Source of the DNA: Glycera tridactyla
Lineage: Eukaryota
Assembly: GCA_965644265.1 (NCBI GenBank)
Contig: OZ286460.1
Location: 16,678,001 to 16,742,000 of the forward strand
Direction: 5' to 3'
Length of the DNA stretch: 64,000 bases
The notes beneath the pieces were generated by a model. It had not been told where the DNA came from and searched no databases. It saw only the letters and a program-made list of their open reading frames with translations. Below, one piece after another: positions 25,666 to 38,070 of this stretch (positions are counted from its first letter, which is position 1; each line of letters begins with the position of its first letter). The position numbers and the translations under genes were made by a program.

Positions 25666-28456
25666 TAACTTTCATTGGTACTACTAGTATTACTTTCAAT
25701 TTCAAACAGAGTGCATAAAATATGCTCATGAACATCCACTTTCCAAACAGTACTGAAGTAATATATTAAGGATTATACAGCAAACTTTGGGCTCAAGTCA
25801 TTTTTCAATTCAACTTTTATTTGCAGTCACTATTCTCTACGCTTCAAGTGGACATAAATCTGAATTGAAATTTATTCCCAGAAGGTGATATTTCTGCTTT
25901 GGGAATAAGGTTTTTTTTTTGTGCGTGACCCTGCATGCTGGTGTCATCAACCTCCCTTAGTTGTTTTTTTTTTGCTGTTTGATTTAATGCTGTGGGGCAT
26001 GTAATAATTGGACTGCTCAGCGGAATTTCACACTCGAGCATCAAAACAATTACTTTAAGTGAGAAGAGGAGAAGTGTGAATGGTTCATTCCCATGCATAT
26101 GTCATGTTTCATTTATACAAAAATCTGTTCCCAAGGTTGCAAGGGGACACACTGTTAGTGCAGTAGAAATGGGTGGCAATGAAGTCAAACTGGTGTTAGT
26201 TGCACTGAGGCCCGGATAAAGCTTTCCCCGTAATTGATGATATGGGAGAGAGGGAGGGGGGAGTCCATGTCATTCTCGGGAGGAAGTGGATGGAGGTAAG
26301 AGAGGCAGATGAAATGAGCTGGAAATGTCAGCTTTAGTCCTCTAAGTGTACATTATGCATAGTCATGGCGCAGTCGGATGCCGATACTTGCGTTGCTGCT
26401 CGCGTCAAAGTCGCGTCTTTATGGTGACACGTGACGGCTCGTGACGATAATCGCCCGGCTTTCTTCATGACTGTCACACGTATCCTGCCTGTCTTTGTGG
26501 GAAGTGCCATCTGGTGTATATTCTTAGAATATCTTTGACATGAAATCCGACATTTCCAGATTTTTGTTGATCCCGAGGTGAATGTACGTCCACGGTGTAA
26601 AGATGGAACAAGGAACCTCTGACAAAAGACCAAAGTTATAAATACACCTGTTTTGTCAGAGCAACTGATATTTTTGACTGAGTTTGATACAACTGAATAA
26701 GGAAACTCTCAGAATGCAACTCATCTCTGCCCTTGGTACATTGACCAAACAAATTGAGCATAAATCACACAGAAAAGTGCCTATTGGCACATATTTTTCA
26801 GACATTCCACCAGTTGCTTCACTGACTGCAGCCTGATTTTTGGAACTGAACTCTTATTGGCATTGCTTGGAAACAAAGATCATGGTTCTCCTTCTCTATA
26901 GAGAGGTGGCTTGTAGAAAAGTCATTTACTGTAGAAAATACAGCTCAGATTGACCTTTGTTTGGCAGCTGGCCGTTATATATAGAGGTGGTCTCTTGAGC
27001 AGGTTTGCCGGTATCTCTATGAACTGGTGGTCCTCTGTTTTGTGAGTCTGATTTTGGTCTCTCTCATTGCAGGATCCACTTTTTTTTATCCTGTGAGTAT
27101 TACACACCATGAGATGTATGTTTCATAAAAGTCAAAAAGCATGTTGAAAGACAATGCATATTGTAATCTGTGTGCTGATATTTGTGTCAGAAATTTCCCA
27201 AGCAGTTGCTTTGTAAAATGTCATGGAGATCCCTCTGTAACAAATAGCTTCTATCTCACATAGGCATTGTTTTCCTTCATCTGCCATGAGTAAGCACACT
27301 AATTTCCTTGAATATAGGCCCCTTAAGAAAGTTGCTTGTATATTCGTTGAAGAATGACAGAAGAGATTTCTGGAAAAGTATGTGTTTATCGCAAGTTTCA
27401 GTGTATATAAATGGATGGCAATACAGGGTTGATCGAGGGTTCAGTGCAGGAATGAATTGATTTCTATCTTTGTTCGGTTCACTTCAAGAAGATTTCTTTC
27501 ACCCTGGAATTCTGATAGAGACTGCAGACTTCTTGCAATGAACCTATTATAGCTCTACGCTTGCATGCCAAGAGGGAACTCTTCAAACGCAGGGGGAGAA
27601 ATGTGTCGCTGATCACATAATCCCGATTCTCTCATGGAATGCTGGGAAATAGTGTGACGATCCAGGTGCTGGGAACTCCCTCAATCCCAAGACGCTCCTG
27701 ACGATAGTCCGATAATTGATGGATGTCCGACCATCCGAGTATCTACGCGAAATACACAGAAAGTTTCTCTCACATATAGTCAGTATAAATTGACACAGAA
27801 TATTTCATTAAAGGCGAGAAACTAATTCAGTTTGTTTTCTCCCTGGTCACACAAATGGAATTCAATCTCGCCACGTTGTCGCTTCTGAAATCCTCTTACA
27901 GATCGGGTTAAGTAGGTTGTCGTGGATGGGATGTCTTTGATGCGGAGGGATTTATATGCCCTGCGACTAGCTTTGTGAGTCATTGCTCGTGATGCTGTGC
28001 ATGAAGACACGCAGGAAATTAATGTTTCATGTTCACCGCGCTGAACTACATACAGTTGGACACGGCGGCACACAGTCTGTGATTGCAATGCAATCATTGA
28101 AACTAATGATGTATTCTGTGCATTCACTTTTAATTGAAGTAATCTGCACTACATGAAATTCATTTTGAAATTTCTTGTCAAGCTTTACCGGCATAAAGAG
28201 ATTTAATCACCGTTTCATTTATGACTCACATATGCGTTAATTGGAATAATCCGTGTTGATTGTTTTACCTACCTCTCTTTGCAATCAGTTGATGTCTTGA
28301 AAGCATATTTCAGTCGTTGATGCTCTCTTTGTTCTTCTGGACTGAGATATGTTTTCAGGGAATATGATCAATTTCCAAAAGTTCCATTGCGAGAGATGTC
28401 TTGTGATGCCCCAATTCCTAAAATGAAAAAAGAAGGAAGTTCAACATCCTCTGCTA

Positions 28457-29098
28457 CTGTGAAACCTGTGATAAGAAACGACCTCATGTAATAACAAAAA
28501 TGGTCCTACAAAGCAGGTGGTCTCTTTTGAGAGGTGTATTGGACATATACAGATGGGTCACCCAAGAAGTAGTCTTTTAACTGGAGTGACCTCTCAGAAG
28601 GCTTCTCTCTGCACACAGGTTTCTCTGTACAGTTGTACTCGTCTTTGGTCACATGAGAAAGAGGCCTTTGTAGGCAGGCGGTATTTCAAGAGAAGATGTT
28701 TACCATATACAATACAGTAAAACCTGTATTACGCAACCACCCTTGGGAAACAAAAAAGTGGTTGGTCAAGACAGGTGGTTGCGGAATACTTGTAGATTAT
28801 AGTGAAAAGTACTCTTGAAGAGAATAAATGAGTGGCTGCTTAAGACAGGTGGTTGCTGAATACAGGGTGGGTAGGTGGTCATTGGATAGAGGGGTCTTTT
28901 GAACTGGTTTCACCCTACAGTAGAACCTGTGATGAGAGACTTCCCTAAAAGTCACCAAATGTAGTCTGTTGAATGAGGTGGTTTCCCATCAAAGATATAT
29001 TTGAATATTTTGAGCAGAAAAGCAGCCCTGACAAAGTGGTCTCTCATCAAAGGTGGTCTCTTGTGAGGGGAGGGGGTCTTTTGTTGCAGGTCTCACTG
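28457..29098. mobile_element. Three adjacent TcMar-type MITEs (28457-28627; 28715-~28915, GCAACC variant; 28918-29098)
   Basis: Each begins (C)AGT(G/A)AAACCTG or a close variant after TA; the first and third end in CAGGT..C(A/T)CTG|TA. Confidence 0.75.
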
Positions 29099-29422
29099 TA
29101 GTACAGTAGGTCACAGATGTGATATATTTTCCAGTAGAATGACATCAATCAGTCAATCATTCTCGCAGAGTTGCATCTGAGATGTAGGGATGCAGGAGGT
29201 AACATTCATTGATGATGTTACCACGGCAGCAGCAGCAGCAGTTGTTACAGCCTGATAATCCTCTTCAGATACCAGCCAGCTTTCTAATCATAATCTGTGT
29301 CCAGCTAATCCTGTGTGCTGCTCCATAATCCCATCTGTTCCTCATTACAGCTTATCTTCAGACCATGTCCACCAACTCACTACACTTCAACCCTTTCATC
29401 ACAACCTTCATTTTTAATACCA

Positions 29423-31807
29423 TTGAACTCCTATAAAGACCACCTCTCTATAAAGACCGCCTCTCTATTAAGGCCACCTTGACCTGCAACCGTGGTGGTA
29501 TTTTCAACAGTAAATGACCACGCTATAAAGACCACCTCCCCGGAAAGGCCACTTTTTGATGCAACTGAAGGTGGTCTTTATAGAGAGGTTTGACTGTAGA
29601 TGTGGTTGGTTGGTTGCTTGGTTGCTTGGATGGTTGGTTGGTTGGTTGGTTGGTTGGTTGGTTGGTTAGTTGGTTGGTTGAGATTTTATGGCATGTGTAC
29701 ACCCAACGGATTATATGTACATCATGTATCGCTTATCTTTGAAAGGTGGATCTCTGCCCCCTGCAGGCATCACTCTAACAGACCCTAAACACAAGATGAT
29801 GGGGAACCTGAAATATTATCAAGTGGATGTTGCTGACAGTTCAGACACAGCTCTATGTGCCCCAAACAAAGTGCACTACCTGATACATGTGCCCATTAAA
29901 CTGGGAGCATTGAAATTAGCAGTTGCCAGTACCTTGATGATAAATTTGAGTCAAACATGCTCAAAGGACTGCCTCTTTACAAAGACCACCTACCTACAAA
30001 GACCATCCTGAGTGGTAACTTTTAGAATCAGGGCTCTACATTGGCCAAAGTATTCAGTGGCCAACTTGCCCCTAAATTGATATCTATGGTAGCCATTGCC
30101 AAATATTTTGGCCAGCATATAGTCCTGATGCATCATCCTATGAAGAGCTGTGATTTAGAGCTCTCGTGTGATGTCTCATCTGAGAGCTAGTAGAGTGGTG
30201 TCCTTGAAGTTTTTGCTGGATGATTTTGTGTGGCATTCTGCGTGCATTGTTGATGCTCCCAGGTGGCTATTCGATCAGTTGTTCTGGTTAATTTGCTCAG
30301 AACGCATCCATCACCCTTCCGTGGCATCACGTCACATGGTTACACAATCTCTCCTCGGTGTGTCTCGTCATGTGGCAACTTCCCCGCTTCTCACCTCATT
30401 CACTGAGCTGTTCAGTACAAATCTCGGATTGCTCACTCATGTCTTGATTGCTCCTCTATAGTGAAACCTGCGACAAGGGACCCCCTGACGAGACCACCTC
30501 CAAAGAGAGACCGCTTTTCCAGGGCAGCTTTTCTATTTGATATTGTCAAATATAACTCTGACGAGAGGCCACCTCTTTTGACAGACCGCTTTTTGGTGAC
30601 ATTTAGGGTGCTCTCTCGTCGCAGGTTCCACTGTACCTCATATATACAGTCAATAGTGCCTACAAGACCACCCATGGTTGCATAAAAAATGGTCTTTGTC
30701 GGCAGGTGGCCTTTATTAGGTCATCTACATTGGATCCATTTGCAAAGACCACCCTCGCATCAAAATGTGGTCTTCTAGACAGGTGGCTGTTTACTGATTT
30801 GAACCTCCACTAAAGACCACCTCTCTATAAAGACCACCTCTCTATAAAGGCCACCCTGAGCTGAGACCATGGTAGTATTTCCAACAATAAATGACCTCTT
30901 CATAAAGACCACCTCCCTATAAAGGCCACTCTTGCATGCGACCAAAGGCAGTCTCTATAGTGAGGTTTGACTGTACTAAAATACTTATCTTTGTTATTGC
31001 TCAGGATGACCTTTGTAGACAGGTGGCCTTTATAAAGAGGAGTTCTTACAGACAGGTTCAATTGTATCTACCCGTAATAAAAGTACTCACTTTTTTCACC
31101 ACTTTGATTTGGGAGTTCATTCATGACATCAACAGTCTATCATTAGGAGTCTTTTGTCTCAGGTTTGACTCTAGGAGCTACTCTGAAAAGCAGTTGCCTG
31201 TTGAATGTCAGTCTCATGTGAGAGGTCTCATATTAGGTTTCACTATATTCACCCATGTGAATCGACAGTCTGTACTACCGTGAAACCTGTGATGAGAGAA
31301 CACCCCGATGAGAGAACCCCCGATGAGAGTCCACCTCTGACAGGTGACCGCTTTTCCAGGGCTGCTTTTTTATTCGAGATAGTCAAGTATACCTCTGATA
31401 AGAGACCACCTCTTCGAGAGACCACTTTTTGTGGCATTCAGGGCAGTCTTTCATCGCAGGTTTCACTGTATGCTCATTGCACATGTTCTCTAGTCAGCGC
31501 TGCAAGTGTTTGTCCTGTTCTTTACTCAGTTCTTATTTGACACAATCTGCATCTGGGAATATGAATAATTGAATCAGTTGCCATCACATAATAATTAGCC
31601 CCAATTCAGGAGTATGCAGTCCATATGGTCCAACCTGCTGGTCTCAGTGTACAGCCAAATTTGGTCACACCGATAAGTGGCCTTTGTAGACAGGTCGCCT
31701 TTGTAGGGAGGTTGTTAACTGCAGAGAATACTATAGCAATCTCTGCTCAGGGTGGCCTTTGTGGAAGGGTGGTTGTTGTATACGGTGGTCTCAACAAGGT
31801 TTGACTG
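29423..31807. mobile_element. Cluster of at least six TcMar-type MITEs (about 29423-29596, 30459-30633, 30647-30790, 30797-30973, 31278-31468, 31645-31807)
   Basis: Repeated GACCACCTCT/AGAGGTGGTC motifs and CAGGTTT(C/G)ACTG|TA ends. Confidence 0.8.
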
Positions 31808-32799
31808 TATATTCGATACATTTCTTCTGAAAGACAAACTATCTGCAGGTAATTTGAACACCTGTAGAGATTAAAGCAGTAATCCTCCCATGTCAATATT
31901 GGTCAATCCTTTCACTATGTTTTGTTTGCTTTTGGATTTCCTACTTGGTCAGAATCACCCACTAATGTTGTGTCTCAAGTGTTGCCATTGTGAGGAACTG
32001 ATACTGAATTTGATAACACACAGTTTTAATAACAAATGCACTGAAATATTGCAAATTGACAAACAGATTTCGAATGTTTGGTTCATTTGGGGGAATATTG
32101 TGATGGGATTTGGCAAGGGGTGCATGAGAGAGAAGGGTGAATGTGAGCATGTGGAGGGGGGTGGGGGGGGGGGGGGTGTAGGGACTACTTGGCGCAGCTT
32201 TAAGCATGTTTACGCATAGTTATAGGGCTACTCTGTTCAGTTACCAAGCATGTTACATGTCCAGTCTACAAGCATTTCAATCCCTTCATGGAACCACACA
32301 AATCTTTTTCCAATGTGTATTATTAAGTTCCCTGTACCATGTATCTTTATTTGATCATCAGGAGAGAATAAGTGTTAATCCATGAAATCATATTTAGATC
32401 CAATGCCACCAGGTTTCAATTGCCATTCCATCCAAAGAGGACTGCCTCAGTCAGTCAAAATGAATCGTAATAAAATTACAATCAGTGTTCTGAAGTGGTG
32501 ATCCATGCCAGGACAGCGTGGATGTGCAATACTGAATCTNNNNNNNNNNNNNNNNNNNNNNNNNNNNNNNNNNNNNNNNNNNNNNNNNNNNNNNNNNNNN
32601 NNNNNNNNNNNNNNNNNNNNNNNNNNNNNNNNNNNNNNNNNNNNNNNNNNNNNNNNNNNNNNNNNNNNNNNNNNNNNNNNNNNNNNNNNNNNNNNNNNNN
32701 NNNNNNNNNNNNNNNNNNNNNNNNNNNNNNNNNNNNNNNNNNNNNNNNNNNNNNNNNNNNNNNNNNNNNNNNNNNNNNNNNNNNNNNNNNNNNNNNTAG

Positions 32800-32925
32800 C
32801 CTTACTTGAAGGTTGTGGGTTCAATCCCCATGAGCAACCAAGAAATTCTGCCTTTCAATTTGACACATTTATTGGACCTGTTGCCTGTGCATCAAATCAG
32901 TGGCTTGAATTCAATAAATGTGCAC
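32800..32925 (+). mobile_element. SINE of the same family; its 5' part is lost in the adjacent N run
   Basis: B box GGTTCAATCCC near 32818 followed by tttattggacctgttgcctgtgcatc. Confidence 0.6.
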
Positions 32926-33068
32926 GCCTGTATGTATGTGTCTACATGTTTGATGACCCCCCCCCCCCCCCCCCCCCCCTCACCCATCCCCCTCCCCATC
33001 TGTTGGATCCTGGAGCAGAACATCTGGTTATGGTCAGAAACCTGTTGTGATGTAAGTCTTATCAGCAG

Positions 33069-33115
33069 GTTGCCAGGGAAACTCTGTTATCTCAGGATCT
33101 GGTTGCCATGGTAAC
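33069..33115. promoter_or_regulatory. Paired RFX X-box motifs (duplicate at 39428-39474)
   Basis: GTTGCCAGGGAAAC (33069-33082) and GTTGCCATGGTAAC (33102-33115); in copy B, GTTGCCAGGGCAAC (39428-39441) and GTTGCCATGGTAAC (39461-39474). Motif match only. Confidence 0.5.
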
Positions 33116-33765
33116 CAAGATAACCACACACTGTCAACACCTCCTACTCACCCAGCTCTGGTTAATGTGTATTTGAAGTGTTCATAATGAACTGAATTCT
33201 GGGCTTTGATCAGGAGTAATATGGTGTGAATACTCCCCCACTTCAACCTAGTTGATATCAGATAGGTGGCTTGATTGATTCGCCTGGGACTATTGATCGA
33301 TCGATCAATTGATTGATTAGTCTGAGATAGAGTCAAGGATGGATTGATGGGTTGATTTGCTCTCAAGAGTTTCTTGATCGATTTATTGATCAGTTTGAGA
33401 TAAAGTCAGAAATAGATGGGCTGATTGATTTGCCTGAGTTTCCTGATTGATCGATTGATTAGTCTGAGATAGAATCAGGGATTGATTGATTGATTGATTG
33501 ATTTGTTGATTGATTTGCCTGAGTTTTCTGATGGATTAATTTTGTAAATTTCCTGCTTAGTAGAGAATTCCCCATTGATTTCAGTAAATCCACAACATTT
33601 TTGGTGACTTCCCTCACAATTTAGTAAAATTTACTGAAAGTATCATATTCAAATTCAAGCAAAAGGAGATTTACTTGACATATTGCGATGGGAACCCAGA
33701 ACAGGTATATCTCTGCAATGAGATTATTTTGAGTTCCAAGTTGATTCCTGTTGAAATCTCATTAA

Positions 33766-33926
33766 CTTTGGAACAATATTTTGGGAATAGTAACAATATT
33801 TCAACTGCTCTACAAGCGATTTTGGTCATGTGATGATTTGAAGCCATTAATCAATCCATCATGCCACCAAGATCGCTTGAAGAGCAGTTGAAACATTGTG
33901 ACAGTTTCCAAAATATCATTCCAAAG
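33766..33926. mobile_element. Foldback MITE with TAA flanks (PIF/Harbinger-like)
   Basis: Arms of about 70 bp (33766-33835 and 33857-33926), roughly 80% reverse-complementary, with a 21-nt spacer. TAA on both sides. Confidence 0.7.
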
Positions 33927-35329
33927 TAAGTGAATATGATTTCAACAATGTCTCAAGTACATTTGCAACCACCAATTATCTGGATTTGAGGTGCCAAATT
34001 CATGTTGTTTTGTCATTGGATGTTCCACTGTAATATCAAGTACACCTTATACTATAGCCGACTGAGACCATGTACAGTCATATGGTAAATAATTGTCTGA
34101 TATTTATGAGGGACATTTATGAGGTTATAGTACGACTGATCTGTGGATGGGGCCCTGATCAGCCNNNNNNNNNNNNNNNNNNNNNNNNNNNNNNNNNNNN
34201 NNNNNNNNNNNNNNNNNNNNNNNNNNNNNNNNNNNNNNNNNNNNNNNNNNNNNNNNNNNNNNNNTTTATTGGACTTGTTGCCTGTGCATCAAATTGGTAA
34301 TGCCAATTCAATAAATGTGCATGCCTGTATGTATGTGTCTGGGTCATTCTCAGATAAGTGGGACTTTGACCAAAAGAAATCCTAAACATTTTTTTCTTTC
34401 AGAACACTATTTTATTGAAAACTTTGGAGCCTCAGAACTTCTAGAATATGGTTGTATGCTTTGGCGAGCTTAATCGTAATCATTCAATGAGCTATAGACC
34501 CTCAAAGTGACATATGCATACATATTGTGTCAACTCTGTTACGTGACATGGCCATTTGATCATATGATGGAGAAAGATTAACAGACTGTTTATCACTATG
34601 GTTATCTTATAACACCAGTTGTAGTAACATGACAAATTATCCACTAGTATTTTATGCAGTGATATATGAAGACTACTGGCAGATATTGGGGCATTTCAAT
34701 CTAGATGACCTGAAATTTGCAATTTCAACCTACTTTCAACAGTGATATCTTTACCACCAACTAAAATTTACCTTATAATTGGACTTCAACTGAGAGTTAT
34801 AGTTGCTGTTCTTCAGTGGTTTAAATTACGAGTAAAACCAGTGTTTTGTTTCATCATAATAAACAGATAAGGCACTGGTAACAGAGTTGACAACTGAGTA
34901 ACAGAGTTGACAGGTGGGTAACAGAGTTGACCAGCCATTTCATGAGTGCTTCAGGAACAACCTGCCTGACATTAATTAATAAATGAGATTCATATCCAAT
35001 TTTTCTGACTTGAACAAAGTGATTCCCCCAACTCCATCTGAACTTTTACTTTCCCTGTGAGCACCAACAAGAAAAATGTGGGTATCACAGGGCTCTATGC
35101 TAAGGGTTGCCCTACTGGCACAGGTAGGTGGATTTGGTTGATAGGGCGGGTGATTTTATGGGTCAGCTTGCCTGATGGGCTGGTACCTAACCATTATTCA
35201 GCCTATCATGCAGGAGGGCAGGTGATGATTGCAAGGACGGCAGGTAAAAATCTAACTCCACCTGCCCGAAGAACAGCTGTAGAGCTCTGTATCATAGGAT
35301 GTGCATTTCCTGGTATGAAAGGTGAAAGA

Positions 35330-36436
35330 ATACTTGTGTATATACAAATATATATCTTGTCAACAGTGAACATAACTTATATTTTTCCATAACAGCCTCG
35401 AGGGCATTTTCAGAGTAGCTGATAACAGATCTCCATGAAATCCTCGAAAATCCGCCGTTGATCAAAATCCACTTTTTCTTTTAGTAGCCAAAATGGCAGG
35501 TTCACCAACCAAGGTTCCCTCTAAGGAGAAAACCTTTTAGAGAATGATTTTAGTGTATTGGGAATAATTTTAGGAATTTGGAGAGCATGTGAATGAATCA
35601 GTTCACCAAAATGAAAATTAAATAATTTCTTCTGCATTTCTTTCATGAAAACGAAATGAAATCAGGGAAAAATCATCGACAATCAACCTCACCTTCCAGT
35701 CATCAGGATTGAGAATCAGTTCAGAAAATATTTTTAACGAATTGAAGTTTTCTGTAGCATAACCGATTGGATTAGATATAGTCCATAAAAATTCATCAGC
35801 CATGGTTAGGGCCCAAAACTGCCATCCAGGTTCAATTTTTTCAAACAAACATGTGGAAAATCACCAATATCATTGAGTTTGCCACCCCTTCGAGTCTTCA
35901 AGGCAAACCAGTTTTTATTGCCCATGAAACCAAAAATTTTGTCATATCCAGCTTAAACTGTCTTGGTGTAAGAATTAACATGGTGAAAATCAAAATAGTC
36001 AACAAGACTCACATTATATACCAATGACTAAGAGCAGAGTAGCCATGATATTGGCCTGGTTGAATGAAAACATACCTTCAAAATTCTCTATCAACTGTCT
36101 TTGGGCATTTTCTACCAAAATTACACTATCACCAGGTATCATTTCCTTCACCTCTTCCCTATCTCACGAAGCTCTTTCTCATTTCTTCAGTGAAATGGTC
36201 TCAGGTGTAGGTGGCTGACGGTTTGCCTGTAGCAGATATTGTCACTATGCAAAACGCGGGTACCAGGCACATCTTCTGGGTTACTAAGACTGCAACTAGG
36301 TTTACCAGGTTGTGATGGCATTGCACTGCAAGCATAGGGCACCCATTATTGTAAAGCTGGTTTGAAGTTGACAGTTCATATTTGAAAGCATTGGTTGAGT
36401 ATTCTCCAGACCTAGTACTTTTACTTGTTTCGAGCA
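35330..36436 (-). pseudogene. Decayed three-exon gene of unknown product inside the TIR element
   Basis: Exons 36436-36076, 35957-35693 and 35520-~35330. Introns 36075-35958 (gtatgt...cag) and 35692-35521 (gtgagg...ttag) join in compatible phases (1 and 0). Reconstructed peptide includes EDVPGTRVLHSDNICYRQTVSHLHLRPF, GYDKIFGFMGNKNWFALK, EPGWQFWALTMADEFLW and REPWLVNLPFWLLKEKVDFDQRRIFEDF. Several stops and frameshifts. Confidence 0.65.
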
Positions 36437-36500
36437 CTGTATTTTGCAAAAAAAAAACATTGACATCAGGCACGAGTGTTAGCTTCCAGGCAATCATATT

Positions 36501-37330
36501 CAGTCAAACCTGTCTATAGCAACCACGGACGGTCAGGTTGGAAAATTGTCGTTATGGGGAGGTGGTCGTTATATGCAAATAAAATTCTATCCATGCAGGC
36601 AGATGAAAAAGATCGTTTTCACCATCATCACCAGCAATCGCTCTCAAAACGCCAAAAATACTTGCCGGGTTAGAATTAATAGTCCCATACGCACGAATAT
36701 CAAATTTAATGGCACGTTTAATGATCGTTTTGTGAAAAATCCTGACCTATTCGCCATAAAGGTGATAAAAACAAGGCCTGTATAACCATCCGATTTTGTT
36801 CCGCCATTTCGACTACCATTCGTCACATGATCGATGATGACCAAATATGAATGAGGAAAAAAAACTAATTTGCATAAATTATGTGAAGTATATATGATGT
36901 AATTCCGAGGTTTCCCTTTATATTCGGGATGCGAATCTCATCACATGACCTAACAATGGCGCTCGAATGGCTATTGGTGAAGCCAGCCTTTTGTTTTCAT
37001 TGCGAAATACATGCTCTTTCGGCCTTGACATGTGTTTTCAGTGGCGGAGATCACCTCAGCATGGATTGTATCCGTGAATCATTGAAGTATGGAGGTGCGA
37101 ACGAACCAACAATAGCCGTGGTGAGGCGTGAATTGGCTTCTCTACATGGTTGTCTCTGATGTTTCACGGCACTCCTTACTGATCCCCTTGCTCACGTGGA
37201 CGACCGGCGTTGAACAGGTGGTCGTTATATACAGGTGAAATAAAGAGAAAATACGACGGTCGTTACCGATAGTGGTCGCTATAGACAGGAATCCGTTATA
37301 TGGAGGTGGTCGTTGGACCAGGTTGGACTG
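36501..37330. mobile_element. 830-bp TcMar-type element (CGACC/GGTCG variant) nested in the 34341-39305 transposon
   Basis: CAGTCAAACCTGTCTATAGCAACCAC at 36501 and GGTGGTCGTTGGACCAGGTTGGACTG|TA at 37330, with GGTGGTCGTTATAT repeats and a CpG-rich interior. Confidence 0.8.
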
Positions 37331-37594
37331 TAGTTTGATTTGCCATTGTCAGCTTCACTATGTTGATATTGTAATGTTAGAGGTGTGTCTGAACTGTCAG
37401 CTACTTTCACTTGAAGACCTCTCTGGTCCCCATCATCTTGTGTACAGCCTCTCAGGTTCCCCATCATCTTGTGTTCAGGGTTTGTGAGAGTGAGAGCAGT
37501 AACCAATGGGTGCAGGATATTCTCTTTGGCTTTTGCCATCAGGGATGATGTCGCTTTTTCTCATTAGCTTTCGGTGGGGTGGGGTTGAATGAAA

Positions 37595-38070
37595 ACATAC
37601 CTCCAGATTTCTGTCGTAGGCATTTCCTAATAAAATTCCACTATCACCAGGTTTCTTTTTCATCACATTTTTTCTATCCCTCTAAGCTCTTTCTTATATT
37701 TTGAGAGAAATGGTCTCAGGTATAAGTAGCTTACAGTTTGCCTGTAGCTGATATTGTTATTCTAGACAAAGCTGATGCCAGGCACATCAGTTCGATGGTT
37801 GGTTGGTTTGATGTCACGTCATCACCATCTGGGCTATATTGTGACACCCATGCATGACTTCTCCTTCTGGGTCCCTAACAGAAGAAGAAATGATATGACA
37901 TTCACAGACACTCAAGATGCCATTTCTGAAGTCATCAGTTGGAGGTCACTAGAGCTGCAACTAGGTTCAGTAATTACCAGTAATCTGTTGATGGTTCAAT
38001 CAGTCTATTTAGACTGTGATTATCCATGTTGAAGTTTGCTAGAAGACTTCCACTCATGAAATGCCCATTG
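37595..38070 (-). pseudogene. Second diverged copy of exon 1 of the cryptic gene
   Basis: 37583-37790 and 37945-37975 align with 36058-36300 (e.g. gaaatggtctcaggt, gtttgcctgtagc, gctgcaactagg) and share the donor context gtatgttttcattcaacc. Interrupted by an insertion at 37793-37932 with an 8-bp TSD CATCAGTT. Confidence 0.6.

Noticed and set aside
33018-33056. Possible micro-exon (cag|AACATC...TGTGAT|gtaagt) in the duplicated core
   Set aside because: The acceptor is altered in the second copy, there is no polypyrimidine tract directly before it, and it has no KIF26 similarity.
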